64,000 nucleotides of DNA from Saprospiraceae bacterium (GTDB lineage: Bacteria > Bacteroidota > Bacteroidia > Chitinophagales > Saprospiraceae): assembly GCA_020628475.1 (NCBI GenBank), contig JAHDFB010000003.1:10142-74141 (forward strand). Direction: 5' to 3'. The position numbers and the translations under genes were made by a program. Shown here in pieces: positions 39,295 through 48,754 of this stretch. The notes under the pieces are model-generated. The model worked only from the letters and a program-made list of their open reading frames with translations, was not told where the DNA came from and did no database searches. Each line of letters opens with the position of its first letter. Position 1 is the first letter of the stretch.

Positions 39295-40137
39295 CTATCG
39301 TTTTTTAGTATTGTATTTCTTCTTATTGCTGTACGATTCCCCATCAACAGGTACTAACAATAAGTCTTTGATATCTTGGCTACGTTTATGAAAAACATCC
39401 AAGCCGAAAGTCACCTCATCATATGCCATCCAAGCATAATTTCCCGTCAAACGGTCCCAAAGGCTAAAAATATTGCCATAATTCTTATCGGAATAAGGCT
39501 GCTTATAATGATGATGCACGCGATGCATGCCCGGAGTTACCAATAAATAACTAATCCACTTATCCACCTGCGGAGATAAACGCAAATTAGCATGATTAAA
39601 TTGAGACATGATAGCGGATACACTCTGATACAGCATCACTAACCATATCGGTGCGCCAACAATCAAGACCGCTAAACAGGTAAAAACAGCACGAAAAACA
39701 CTTTCTCCTGGATGATGGCGAAGTGCCGTTGTGGTGTCAACATGCTCATCACTATGATGTATGACGTGGAAGCGCCACATAAAATATACTTGATGCTCCG
39801 TCCAATGAATCAGCCAGGCACCAATAAAATCCATCAACATGAGGCCAAATAACAACTTCAATAAGCTTGGAAATGCATCCATCAATGCCCAGATTCCAAA
39901 GGCATTCGTAATGGCCCAATCACTTGCTTTAACAATTAGAAAAGCAAAGATCAAGTTGATAACAATCGTTGTCAGAGTAAAGAAAAAATTGGGCAGCGAA
40001 TGCCTCCATTTTTTGTAGTTGAAGCGCACAATGGGAAACAGTCCTTCCAGAATCCAGAAGAAACTAATACCGCCCACAAGAATCAAAGTTCTATGCGAGG
40101 AAGGTATCGATTCAAAATATGAACTGAGCCATTCCAC
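39295..40137 (-). CDS. sterol desaturase / fatty acid hydroxylase family membrane protein
   Basis: 280-aa ORF with hydrophobic helices and the His boxes HWTEH, HVIHHSDEH and HRVHHH. Confidence 0.8.
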   Translation of the reverse strand: MEWLSSYFESIPSSHRTLILVGGISFFWILEGLFPIVRFNYKKWRHSLPNFFFTLTTIVINLIFAFLIVKASDWAITNAFGIWALMDAFPSLLKLLFGLMLMDFIGAWLIHWTEHQVYFMWRFHVIHHSDEHVDTTTALRHHPGESVFRAVFTCLAVLIVGAPIWLVMLYQSVSAIMSQFNHANLRLSPQVDKWISYLLVTPGMHRVHHHYKQPYSDKNYGNIFSLWDRLTGNYAWMAYDEVTFGLDVFHKRSQDIKDLLLVPVDGESYSNKKKYNTKKR

Positions 40138-40161
40138 AACTCGAAAATATAAAAATCATTG

Positions 40162-41070
40162 TTAATCGTCCCCTAAATCCAAATCAAAGTTGACATCTCC
40201 AGATAAATCGAACTCACTCGGATCAAAATTCATATCATCCATTTCCATATCCCCCATCATGGACTTATACAGAATCTCCTCCATCTCCTTTTGCAGCTTC
40301 ATAGCCGCCACACGAGCTTCAATGTCAAAATCCTCGTCTTGACCAGCATAAATAATCCCTCGGGAAGAATTTACCAATAATCCGATTTCGTCAATCATTC
40401 CATATTCAGCAATTTTAGCTAAAGAGCCACCTTGCGCTCCGACACCAGGAACCAAGAAAAAGTGACGAGGAAGAAGTTCTCGAATTTCTTTAAATTTCTC
40501 GGGATGTGTAGCACCGATTACAAACATCGTATCATCTGGTGTGCCCCACAGACTTGCCTTTTGCAAGACCGTTTTATACAATTCGTTTCCTGTCGAATCT
40601 TTGATCATCTGAAAATCCTGAGATCCAACATTACTCGTCAATCCCAACACAATCACCCATTTATTTTCATAACTGTAGAAAGGTGTCACAGAGTCAACAC
40701 CCATGTAAGGCGCTACGGTAATAGCATCACATTTCAATTGTTCGAAGAACGCTTTCGCATAGCGTTCGCTGGTATTGCCAATATCTCCACGTTTCGCATC
40801 AGCTATGATTAAAATATCATCTGGAATATAATTGATCGTTTTTTCTAAAGCCTTCCAACCTTTGATACCCTCCGCCTCATAAAAAGCAATATTGGGTTTG
40901 TAAGCTACACAAAGATCTTTGGTGGCATCGATAATCCGCTTGTTAAATTCAAAGATCGGATCCTCTTTCTCCAACAAAAAAGGAGGGATTTTTTTCAAAT
41001 CCGTATCCAGACCTATACAAAGGAATGAATTCTTTTGTAAAATATTTTTAAATAACTTACTTCTGCTCAT
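40162..41070 (-). CDS. pyrF: orotidine-5'-phosphate decarboxylase (type 2) with acidic C-terminal tail
   Basis: 302-aa ORF with [22 protein letters not shown] and [10 protein letters not shown]. The last ~35 aa are strongly acidic. Confidence 0.85.
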   Translation of the reverse strand: MSRSKLFKNILQKNSFLCIGLDTDLKKIPPFLLEKEDPIFEFNKRIIDATKDLCVAYKPNIAFYEAEGIKGWKALEKTINYIPDDILIIADAKRGDIGNTSERYAKAFFEQLKCDAITVAPYMGVDSVTPFYSYENKWVIVLGLTSNVGSQDFQMIKDSTGNELYKTVLQKASLWGTPDDTMFVIGATHPEKFKEIRELLPRHFFLVPGVGAQGGSLAKIAEYGMIDEIGLLVNSSRGIIYAGQDEDFDIEARVAAMKLQKEMEEILYKSMMGDMEMDDMNFDPSEFDLSGDVNFDLDLGDD

Positions 41071-41318
41071 TAGTTGACTGCTTCTACTCCTGTGATTTCA
41101 GGCAGTACTGATTTTATTGTTTGTTCTATTCCAGCTTTCATGGTAAAGTGTGACATATTACACGAACTACAATTGCCCAACCATTTGACTTTCACCAATT
41201 TATCATCTGTTATATCAATCACCTCTACATCACCGCCATCCACTTTTAGATGTGGACGAACAGCATCCAATGCTTTATCGATCGCCGTTAAAATGTCTGC
41301 TTTTTCTGTATTTGACAT
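41070..41318 (-). CDS. NifU-like (Nfu C-terminal domain) Fe-S cluster protein
   Basis: 82-aa ORF with [14 protein letters not shown] and CSSC motifs. Its stop overlaps the pyrF start by 1 nt. Confidence 0.8.
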   Translation of the reverse strand: MSNTEKADILTAIDKALDAVRPHLKVDGGDVEVIDITDDKLVKVKWLGNCSSCNMSHFTMKAGIEQTIKSVLPEITGVEAVN

Positions 41319-41327
41319 AGCACAAAA

Positions 41328-42413
41328 TTAGGTATTTATTTTGACTGTTTCTGTAGGTTTCAGTACTTCATTTCTAATGTTGACTTGACGGATAAAGTTC
41401 CCAATCATCTCATCAAAGTAAGGCTTGGCCAAATTTCCTTCTTGTAGAATGATAGGACTACCTTGATCGCCTCCCTCTCGTATACCCTGAATCAACGGAA
41501 TCTGTCCTAAAAGCACAGAATTAGCTGCCTTCGCCAGTGATTTTCCGCCACCTTCTCCAAACAAATAGTACTTATTATCCGGTAATTCCGCTGGAGTAAA
41601 CCAACTCATATTCTCAACAACACCAAGAATAGGTACCTGTACATTAGGAAGTAAAAACATGTTCATTGCTTTGACCGCATCAACCACGGCCACTTCTTGT
41701 GGAGTAGTCACCATGACGGCTCCTGTGACAGGTACGGTCTGTACCATGGTCAATTGGATATCCCCCGTTCCCGGTGGCAAATCAATAATCATAAAGTCCA
41801 ACTCCGGCCAGAGACAATCATTGATAAATTGCTTGATAATACCCCCGAGACGCGGACCTCTCAAAACAACGGCCTGTTCAGGTTCGATGATGAATCCCAT
41901 CGAAATAGCATAGACGCCTTCAAATTGAAGCGGTACGATTTTATGCTTACCGTAAAGACTTTCGATTTTTGGTCGTTTACCTTGGAGACCGAGCATGGTG
42001 GGTAAAGAAGGACCATATAAATCGGCATCCAAAATACCAACTCGATAACCCGCATTTTTTAAGCCCATGGCCAAGTTAACAGACATAGTAGATTTACCAA
42101 CACCTCCTTTTCCGGAGGCTACAGCGATGATATTTTTCACCTGAGGCAAGGCTCGATCTTTAGCGGATTGCGCATCGGAATGCATATGAATGTGTACATC
42201 GGCTTGAGGGTATTTGGTTTGAATCCCGGAGATGCAAGCAAAATTAATTTGCTGTTTGACAGCATCCTCCATGTCCGAATTATTGAGCGCAAAACTGATT
42301 TTATCACCGTTGATTTTCAACTCACTCACCAATTTGGCGCTGACGATATCCATCCCCGTTCTAGGGTCCTTGATCGCTCTCAAAAGCTCCACTATAACAT
42401 TACTATCTATCAT
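41328..42413 (-). CDS. apbC: Mrp/NBP35 (ApbC) family Fe-S cluster carrier ATPase
   Basis: 361-aa ORF with an N-terminal DUF59-like segment and a deviant Walker A (VASGKGGVGKST). Confidence 0.85.
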   Translation of the reverse strand: MIDSNVIVELLRAIKDPRTGMDIVSAKLVSELKINGDKISFALNNSDMEDAVKQQINFACISGIQTKYPQADVHIHMHSDAQSAKDRALPQVKNIIAVASGKGGVGKSTMSVNLAMGLKNAGYRVGILDADLYGPSLPTMLGLQGKRPKIESLYGKHKIVPLQFEGVYAISMGFIIEPEQAVVLRGPRLGGIIKQFINDCLWPELDFMIIDLPPGTGDIQLTMVQTVPVTGAVMVTTPQEVAVVDAVKAMNMFLLPNVQVPILGVVENMSWFTPAELPDNKYYLFGEGGGKSLAKAANSVLLGQIPLIQGIREGGDQGSPIILQEGNLAKPYFDEMIGNFIRQVNIRNEVLKPTETVKINT

Positions 42414-42506
42414 GTTTTGCGTATTCTTTTAGAAATTTGGCACAAAGGTAAAACAACTCCGAATTGATTTTAGTTTTTCTCAATGCTTTGTTTCTTTTTC
42501 GAAAGA

Positions 42507-42624
42507 GGGCGATGCCTGTCGGCCCCAGCTCTTCGTTGTTTCCCTAGGGTCATCCATTCGCTATGGCATAGCTCAGGACCTCCTTTCAGTCGGCAACTAC
42601 GATCTGTATCGCAGATTGAAGATC
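42507..42624 (+). repeat. GC-rich structured intergenic element, copy C (short form)
   Basis: The layout is GGGCGAT ... TGTCGG ... TCATCCATTC, then a hairpin GCTATggcATAGC (42560-42572), then TCAGGACC ... GTCGGC. Hairpin 1 is absent. The 3' limit is uncertain. Confidence 0.6.
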
Positions 42625-42630
42625 TAATAA

Positions 42631-43311
42631 TTAAAGTGTATACATAGCACCTAGTTGTACCCCAATTTGATATGGATAAACCTTGTACAACAAAAAATTG
42701 TGCATATAGAAGGCCTGTTGAGCACAGATTCCATAACTTAAATCGATCCGTCTAGATAGTTTCTGAGCATATAGAACCCCCAAATTATAGCTCAATATAG
42801 GCTTAAAATGATATTGCCAAATGGATATATCCATATTGATAGAATGATCCATAAAGATCTTATCCTTTTTAAGATCAAATAAGATATATCGCACCCCAGC
42901 TGACAACCCAAAGGTATAAATATCTATTTCTAAATCCAATATAAAATAATCTACTGGAAATGGATCATAATAAAAATATTCTCGAACCACTCGCTCCTTA
43001 TAAGATCGTTTCACGCCATGTATACCCAGGAGCAGCGAGTATTTCGAATCAATAATATAAGCATACTTCAAGTCCAATTCAATGCCTTGACTTCCACGGA
43101 CATAAATAAGACTATCGTAGGGCGAATATGACATACTTCCTACGTTTGCTCTATTGGAAAAATAATTCGTATACAAAGGTGAAATGGATAGATCAATAGT
43201 TTTACCGCTATCCTGAGCATACAAGCTTTGGACTGTCAACAGTATAACAGTGCCAATACTGAAAATCATTTTGATATAGGTAAAAGGAGATCTAAACATT
43301 CTACTATCCAA
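42631..43311 (-). CDS. hypothetical secreted beta-rich (outer-membrane-like) protein
   Basis: 226-aa ORF with a signal peptide ending SLYAQDS and an alternating beta pattern. It overlaps the upstream gene by 8 nt. Confidence 0.5.
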   Translation of the reverse strand: MDSRMFRSPFTYIKMIFSIGTVILLTVQSLYAQDSGKTIDLSISPLYTNYFSNRANVGSMSYSPYDSLIYVRGSQGIELDLKYAYIIDSKYSLLLGIHGVKRSYKERVVREYFYYDPFPVDYFILDLEIDIYTFGLSAGVRYILFDLKKDKIFMDHSINMDISIWQYHFKPILSYNLGVLYAQKLSRRIDLSYGICAQQAFYMHNFLLYKVYPYQIGVQLGAMYTL

Positions 43312-43681
43312 ATTTACGAAGTCCGATGAGATACAATACGCCTATGGGTTGCAACAGAATCCATTGAGGTGCAAAAACCGAGAAATAAATACTAGAAATG
43401 ACAAATGGAATGCCCATTAAAATATATAGTATTGCCAAGGGGCGCAAGGCTTGCAATCTAGATCGTTCTACCTCCGAAAATCCAACGGTTAATATCAGGT
43501 AGGAACTATAAAAAAGTATTATGGTGACAATATGCCAAGCACCAATCCACTCCGCTTGTTGTTGGGCCGTAAGCGAACTATTCATCAAAGGATCGACCAG
43601 CGTCCATTCTCCTCCAATCAAGTGGATGAAGGCAGTTAAAAGATTGATAATCCCAGCTAGTTTAATAGACCATTTTCGCAT
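43304..43681 (-). CDS. hypothetical membrane protein
   Basis: 125-aa ORF with four hydrophobic helices. It begins 2 nt after the TetR-family gene stop. Confidence 0.5.
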   Translation of the reverse strand: MRKWSIKLAGIINLLTAFIHLIGGEWTLVDPLMNSSLTAQQQAEWIGAWHIVTIILFYSSYLILTVGFSEVERSRLQALRPLAILYILMGIPFVISSIYFSVFAPQWILLQPIGVLYLIGLRKFG

Positions 43682-43682
43682 T

Positions 43683-44234
43683 TCAGATGGTTATAAAGTG
43701 ACTTAATTCGTGTTTTACTTGGCTCAAATAATCCGCCTCTTGCTTTTTATATCGGATCATCTCGTGATATCCGATGAGATACTTGTAAAAAATACTCGAC
43801 TTTATAGCAGCATCATTCACCGTATATCCAAGTCCTTGTAATAAATCAGCAGTAAATTGAATGCGCTGTTGATCCAATCGAGTGATAGTATCTGTGAGTG
43901 GAGGATTGCCTTGAGCGTATTTTTTCAGATAAAAGAAAAAATCAATCTCGTCATCTTTAAGAAAAGATAATTCGATCAATTTTTCAAATTGATTCATTGG
44001 ACTAGAGGCCTTATTGACCTGTTCGATAATCTTGGAAGTGCTCAGCATTTCCCAATATTGGATGATGGCTTGGACGAAGGCTTGTTTATTGGTAAAATGC
44101 CAATAAAAACTGGACTTATTCACCCTCAATTTCTTGGCCATACGTTCTACGATCAGGCCATCAATCCCCTTATCTGCGAATTGTTTATATCCCAATACTA
44201 TCCAGTCTTCTTTCGTAGCTATTATTTTTGGCAT
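43683..44234 (-). CDS. TetR/AcrR family transcriptional regulator
   Basis: 183-aa ORF with an N-terminal HTH (GIDGLIVERMAKKLRVNKSSFYWHFTNKQAF). Confidence 0.8.
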   Translation of the reverse strand: MPKIIATKEDWIVLGYKQFADKGIDGLIVERMAKKLRVNKSSFYWHFTNKQAFVQAIIQYWEMLSTSKIIEQVNKASSPMNQFEKLIELSFLKDDEIDFFFYLKKYAQGNPPLTDTITRLDQQRIQFTADLLQGLGYTVNDAAIKSSIFYKYLIGYHEMIRYKKQEADYLSQVKHELSHFITI

Positions 44235-44331
44235 TTTATTAAACGGTTGCGTTTATTAAACAAATATACAAAACGCATTCAATCTAAACGATACCGTCTA
44301 ATAAATTATAATCGTGGCATATAAGCTAAGT

Positions 44332-44524
44332 GGATCATCGAACTCGTGCGATAGCAACATGAAGCACTTGTCCCGAGTGATGGTATCACGAGTGGATGAG
44401 CAGTTTGACTGCGAATGCGCAATACTGCGACAGCCGCATCCATAAACCCGAAATATGCATTGAGCAAGAAATTCTTCATGGTAGATGGATCTATTCCATC
44501 ATCAAACCCGCGGCTGGATCGCCC
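44332..44524 (-). repeat. GC-rich structured intergenic element, copy D (reverse orientation, long form)
   Basis: Read on the reverse strand it begins GGGCGAT. A stem CAGCCGC / GCGGCTG (plus-strand 44431-44437 and 44510-44516) encloses a 72-nt insert. TCG ... TCATCCACTC follows, then a hairpin GTGATaccATCAC (plus-strand 44377-44389), then TCGGGA ... CGC ... GATGATCC. It starts 3 nt after the TonB-dependent receptor stop. Confidence 0.7.
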
Positions 44525-44527
44525 TAA

Positions 44528-46753
44528 TCATAATTTATACCCCACTTGAACACCAGCGAAATAATTCTGTTCTAATCCCGGATACAAATATCTTGGCGCA
44601 TTGCCTCCAAAGCTTCTTGGATTAACTGCCAGCATGGATGCATACTGCTCGTTGAAGATATTATTCACCGATGCGTGTATACGAATGGACCAAAATCGAT
44701 TCGCCCATATTTGATATTCTGCATGAAGATTACTCAAGTAATATCCCGGTACTTCGATCGTATTGGCATCGTCTGCAAACATCTTAGAAACCAACTGGTG
44801 CGACCAAGCCAATTTTCCGCGATAATGTTGTAATATGAAGGCCGCATGTGCGCGATGATTCGGATTACCTGGCAAAAAGGCTCCTGAAAAGTCTTGATTT
44901 TTATTGTTGAACTGAATAAATCGGTGTGGGCCGTATTGATAGGAAAAATTGGTTTTCAAATAATATTGATATCCAAGCTTATAGTATCGTCTAATGGTCG
45001 TTTCCACGCCTGGATGCCCTGTTACTCCAGCGTTGACCACGATATATTGATCTTCCGTTACACGTTCAGGCACCAACAAATTAAACACATACATATAATA
45101 CAATGCTGCATCGATCTCCCATTGACCGATCTTTCGGCGCATACCCACTTCAACATTGTAACCAGTCTCTGGCTCGATGGCCTCATTGATCAAATCTTCT
45201 TGTGTCAACGTCTCTTCCAAGGTAGGTATCGAATATCCATGCGATATGCTCAAATAATATAAATAATGGTCTTTGGTTTTGTATTCCAAAGAAATAAATG
45301 GACTCAAAATCGGTTTGTAACGGTACTGACCGCTTTGATCCCCGTTCGTGAGCAGAAAATCAGTCAATTGATAACGGGTGGCATTTAAATTCAAACCCGT
45401 TCGAAGATGTAAGAATTTCCAGCGATAAAGGTGTTCAAGAAATATATTGACATATGTCCTTTGTTCTTGATTATCAGAAAGTAACATTCCTGCACCTTGA
45501 TCCAGCGTCTCTCTGGTATTCCATCGTTCTCCTTCTCGGTACATCTCTGTTCCGAATAGAAATTCGCCTCGCTTACGTAAATACTCCACCGTATTGACCG
45601 ATCGAAATCCTACGAAAGCCGAAGTCTGATTTAAAACATTGAACGGTCGCCGTTCATCGTTGAAATACCTGCCTGCAAAGATGATATTCTTGGTCATCCA
45701 ATGGTTTGTAATTGGTAATTCATACGAGAGTCCACCATAACTTCGATTATTTTGCTCATTCCCATCGGCTTGTTGCCAATTGAAGGCCGCCTTTCTAGGA
45801 TTCACGTCAAAGTCGATTTCGGATAATGAACTAGGAATTTGAGCAGATAAATCCGTATGATTTATATAATATTTCAAGGCGCCTTTTTTCAAATCTAGAA
45901 ATCCCACGGAAGAAAAAATATGACGTCCCACCCTATTGTGCGCACGATATCCCACACTTAACAATCGATCGTAATTAGCGGCAACATAGAGTTTTTTATG
46001 TTTGATCGAGAACTCGGTATTATTTTTCAGTGTTCCATATGAACCGACCGACAATTGATTGGAAGCTTGAATGTTGTCCTGGGTATGATTCCGTATGCTG
46101 TAATGAATCGCACCACCTAATCCAGCACCAAATACCGGTCTTGTCGGTCCTTTATAGATATTGATCTTTTCGATAAATGATAAGTTGATATCTTCCAAAT
46201 TGCTCTCTCCAATTCCTGTCGTGATTGGAATATCATTGACATAAGCCCGGATTTTGGTGGTTGAAAAAGGCGATCGGCTACCAATTCCGCGTATGGTCAA
46301 TCGATTGGTATTCAGAGCTCCAGCATGCATAAAGAGGCCAGGTTTGGCATTGTATATATCTTGTTGACCTTGTACTACATTCGACGGAATATCGCTCTTC
46401 TCAATCCGCTCGAAGCTATGCGCATATTTATATTTATCAGGGACTGCAATAAGAACGGGATCAGAAAGCACATACATTGCTTCTTTCATCTTAAAAGTGA
46501 TTTCCAGGGAATTGATTCGGCGCGCAATCGGTTCATAAAAAACATGTATTATTCGAATACTATCACCTATAGATGCTTCGATTTCGAAACGACCTTCAAA
46601 ATCTGTCTGAATAGTGATATCTCGATCCACATTCTCGACCATCGCTCCTATAAGCGCAATTTTAGTCGCCTTGTCTATGACTTGCCCTTGTAGAGTTTGA
46701 CCAAGTATCCATCCCGGCAGGCAAAGAAAGAAGAATAGATAAAATACTTTCAT
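44528..46753 (-). CDS. TonB-dependent receptor with carboxypeptidase-regulatory-like N-domain
   Basis: 741-aa ORF with a signal peptide and an N-domain (LQGQVIDKATKIALIGAMVEN). The plug region contains IEKINIYKGP, and a long beta-barrel follows. Confidence 0.85.
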   Translation of the reverse strand: MKVFYLFFFLCLPGWILGQTLQGQVIDKATKIALIGAMVENVDRDITIQTDFEGRFEIEASIGDSIRIIHVFYEPIARRINSLEITFKMKEAMYVLSDPVLIAVPDKYKYAHSFERIEKSDIPSNVVQGQQDIYNAKPGLFMHAGALNTNRLTIRGIGSRSPFSTTKIRAYVNDIPITTGIGESNLEDINLSFIEKINIYKGPTRPVFGAGLGGAIHYSIRNHTQDNIQASNQLSVGSYGTLKNNTEFSIKHKKLYVAANYDRLLSVGYRAHNRVGRHIFSSVGFLDLKKGALKYYINHTDLSAQIPSSLSEIDFDVNPRKAAFNWQQADGNEQNNRSYGGLSYELPITNHWMTKNIIFAGRYFNDERRPFNVLNQTSAFVGFRSVNTVEYLRKRGEFLFGTEMYREGERWNTRETLDQGAGMLLSDNQEQRTYVNIFLEHLYRWKFLHLRTGLNLNATRYQLTDFLLTNGDQSGQYRYKPILSPFISLEYKTKDHYLYYLSISHGYSIPTLEETLTQEDLINEAIEPETGYNVEVGMRRKIGQWEIDAALYYMYVFNLLVPERVTEDQYIVVNAGVTGHPGVETTIRRYYKLGYQYYLKTNFSYQYGPHRFIQFNNKNQDFSGAFLPGNPNHRAHAAFILQHYRGKLAWSHQLVSKMFADDANTIEVPGYYLSNLHAEYQIWANRFWSIRIHASVNNIFNEQYASMLAVNPRSFGGNAPRYLYPGLEQNYFAGVQVGYKL

Positions 46754-46890
46754 GGCTCCAAGATAAGCGAATATTTCTCAGCACAAATTGTTTTGCATCA
46801 TCCGAATTGGTCATTCTAGTATTTTACTGTTATTAGTAAACCTTCCACACTTCGAGTACTTTAATTCCGAAATAGCCGATGAATGAGAAG

Positions 46891-47619
46891 TCAAATATTT
46901 TCATTCCAATAATAACTATCGGGTTGTATCCGCTCTCCAAAAATGGCGGTTCCAATACGAATCATAGTTGATCCTTCTTCAATAGCTATCTCCAAGTCCT
47001 TACTCATCCCCATCGAAAGCTCGTACATCTGTACGTTAGGAATTCTTAATTGATTAATCTCCTCTTGCACTTTTCTTAATAAACGAAAACACGTTCGTAC
47101 ATGTTCAGTGTTTGAACTTAATAATCCAATAGTCATGAGTCCTTTAATTTTCAAGGTATCAAAAGTTGCGATTTTTTGAACAAACTCGACGGCTTGTGCG
47201 GGATCTATTCCAAATTTGCTCTTCTCATTCGAGCTATTGACTTGGACCATAACCTCTATCGTTTTTCCTTCTCGTACTAATCTTTTATGTAATTTTTCTG
47301 CCACCCCCAGACGATCAATGGATTGAATACAGCTCGCATATTTAATGACTTCCTTAATCTTATTCGTTTGTAGATGTCCTATGAAGTGTATTTCGGGTTT
47401 CAAAGAAGAAATGGCATCTGCTTTCTGTTTTAATTCTTGGACCTTATTTTCACCGATTAGAGTCTCTCCAAGTTCCAAAGCATTTCGAATTGATTCTACA
47501 TTGACTGTTTTTGTTGCTAAGAGTAAACGAACCTCGTTTATATCTCGATGCGCCCTATTACATGCTCTTTCTATACGTTGATGAATGTTGAGCAGATTAG
47601 ACCTTAATTTTTCTTCCAT
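46891..47619 (-). CDS. yggS: YggS family pyridoxal-phosphate homeostasis protein
   Basis: 242-aa ORF with LLATKTV (PLP lysine region), IGENKVQE and IGHLQTNK. Confidence 0.85.
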   Translation of the reverse strand: MEEKLRSNLLNIHQRIERACNRAHRDINEVRLLLATKTVNVESIRNALELGETLIGENKVQELKQKADAISSLKPEIHFIGHLQTNKIKEVIKYASCIQSIDRLGVAEKLHKRLVREGKTIEVMVQVNSSNEKSKFGIDPAQAVEFVQKIATFDTLKIKGLMTIGLLSSNTEHVRTCFRLLRKVQEEINQLRIPNVQMYELSMGMSKDLEIAIEEGSTMIRIGTAIFGERIQPDSYYWNENI

Positions 47620-48683
47620 TATTTTTGATTCTTAGCGACGTAGACCCAAATTTCTTTTCCAGAAATAGTCACTTGTTTTACTCTTTCGTAAGCATCCACC
47701 TCATATTCATCTGAAGCTAAAAGTTCTTGATAACTGAGCTCAAAGATTGATCCTTGAATCTGGTCCTTGGGATTATCCGTTTTAATGGCAATGGGATGTA
47801 CACTTTTTCCACTAATTGAAACAACTGCTGGGTCCTGGATTTCTAGTTCCTCGATTTTGAACCCATTTAAGAAGCCTTTTTCACCCTGTAATTTGCGTCC
47901 ATAGGTGGACATTTGGACTGACTCCGATTGCAATGTTCCATACGAAAACAGATAACTTTTTTGTTCATTTTCTTTCTGCTTTTCTAATTGAATAATTTGC
48001 CTTTTAATAGATCGTAATGTTATATCCTTGGCCTCAGCATATGAAATTTGATAGGACCTTTCAATCTTCCTGAACTTTTTGGGATAATCACTGAGTAGAT
48101 CGTCGTAATATTTGTCTAGAGCTCTTTTATTAGGAAGTTTGAAGCACAATTTTAATTGAAAGCGTCTCAATAGAGCGGTATCAATACTTTCTATGAAGTT
48201 CGTTGCTCCTATTAGTATCACATCATTTGGTAACTGATCAACGAGTTGGATCACAGTATTGACCAATCGCCTCATTTCACCCGAAGCATTATTGGATTCC
48301 TCATAGCTCCTTGTCTTTGCTAATAAATCAAATTCATCAATAAACAAGACGGCTTTACCTCGAACAGCCTGATTAAATACATGAGCTACATTTTTGGCGG
48401 TTTCGCCTAATCTTGCTGAAATAAACCCACTCAAATTCAGAATGAAAATTCTTTTATTAAGAGCCTTTGCAATGGAACGAGCTGTAGCCGTTTTACCACA
48501 GCCTGTGAATCCATGTAATAAAATTTTATTGTCGATTGGAAGATTAAACGCTTTCAATGCAGTGTAATAATGAAACTCTTCCAACAAATGAGTCAATATC
48601 TTCCTATTTGAATCACTCAAATGGATTTTATCAAGTGGAAGAGCCTCATCTCGAGGAGTAATCGTGAGATTAATTGATGGCAT
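47619..48683 (-). CDS. classic AAA+ ATPase fused to a C-terminal gamma-glutamylamine cyclotransferase (GGACT/AIG2)-like domain
   Basis: 354-aa ORF with Walker A GFTGCGKT, Walker B VLFIDEFD, sensor-1 IGATN and SRH ALLRRF. The C-terminal ~110 aa carry FSYGTLQ, GSIFEL, SDEYEVDAYERV and WVYV, as in the GGACT/AIG2-like fold. The stop overlaps the yggS start (TAATG). Confidence 0.75.
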   Translation of the reverse strand: MPSINLTITPRDEALPLDKIHLSDSNRKILTHLLEEFHYYTALKAFNLPIDNKILLHGFTGCGKTATARSIAKALNKRIFILNLSGFISARLGETAKNVAHVFNQAVRGKAVLFIDEFDLLAKTRSYEESNNASGEMRRLVNTVIQLVDQLPNDVILIGATNFIESIDTALLRRFQLKLCFKLPNKRALDKYYDDLLSDYPKKFRKIERSYQISYAEAKDITLRSIKRQIIQLEKQKENEQKSYLFSYGTLQSESVQMSTYGRKLQGEKGFLNGFKIEELEIQDPAVVSISGKSVHPIAIKTDNPKDQIQGSIFELSYQELLASDEYEVDAYERVKQVTISGKEIWVYVAKNQK

Positions 48684-48754
48684 AGCTTAATAATTCTAGA
48701 TGGTTTTGATGAATTCTATCTACTGGTGAAATACTATGGACATTAAGACTAATG

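Noticed and set aside
46754-46890. Cobalamin or other riboswitch in front of the TonB-dependent receptor
   Set aside because: No B12-box-like or other conserved riboswitch core is visible.
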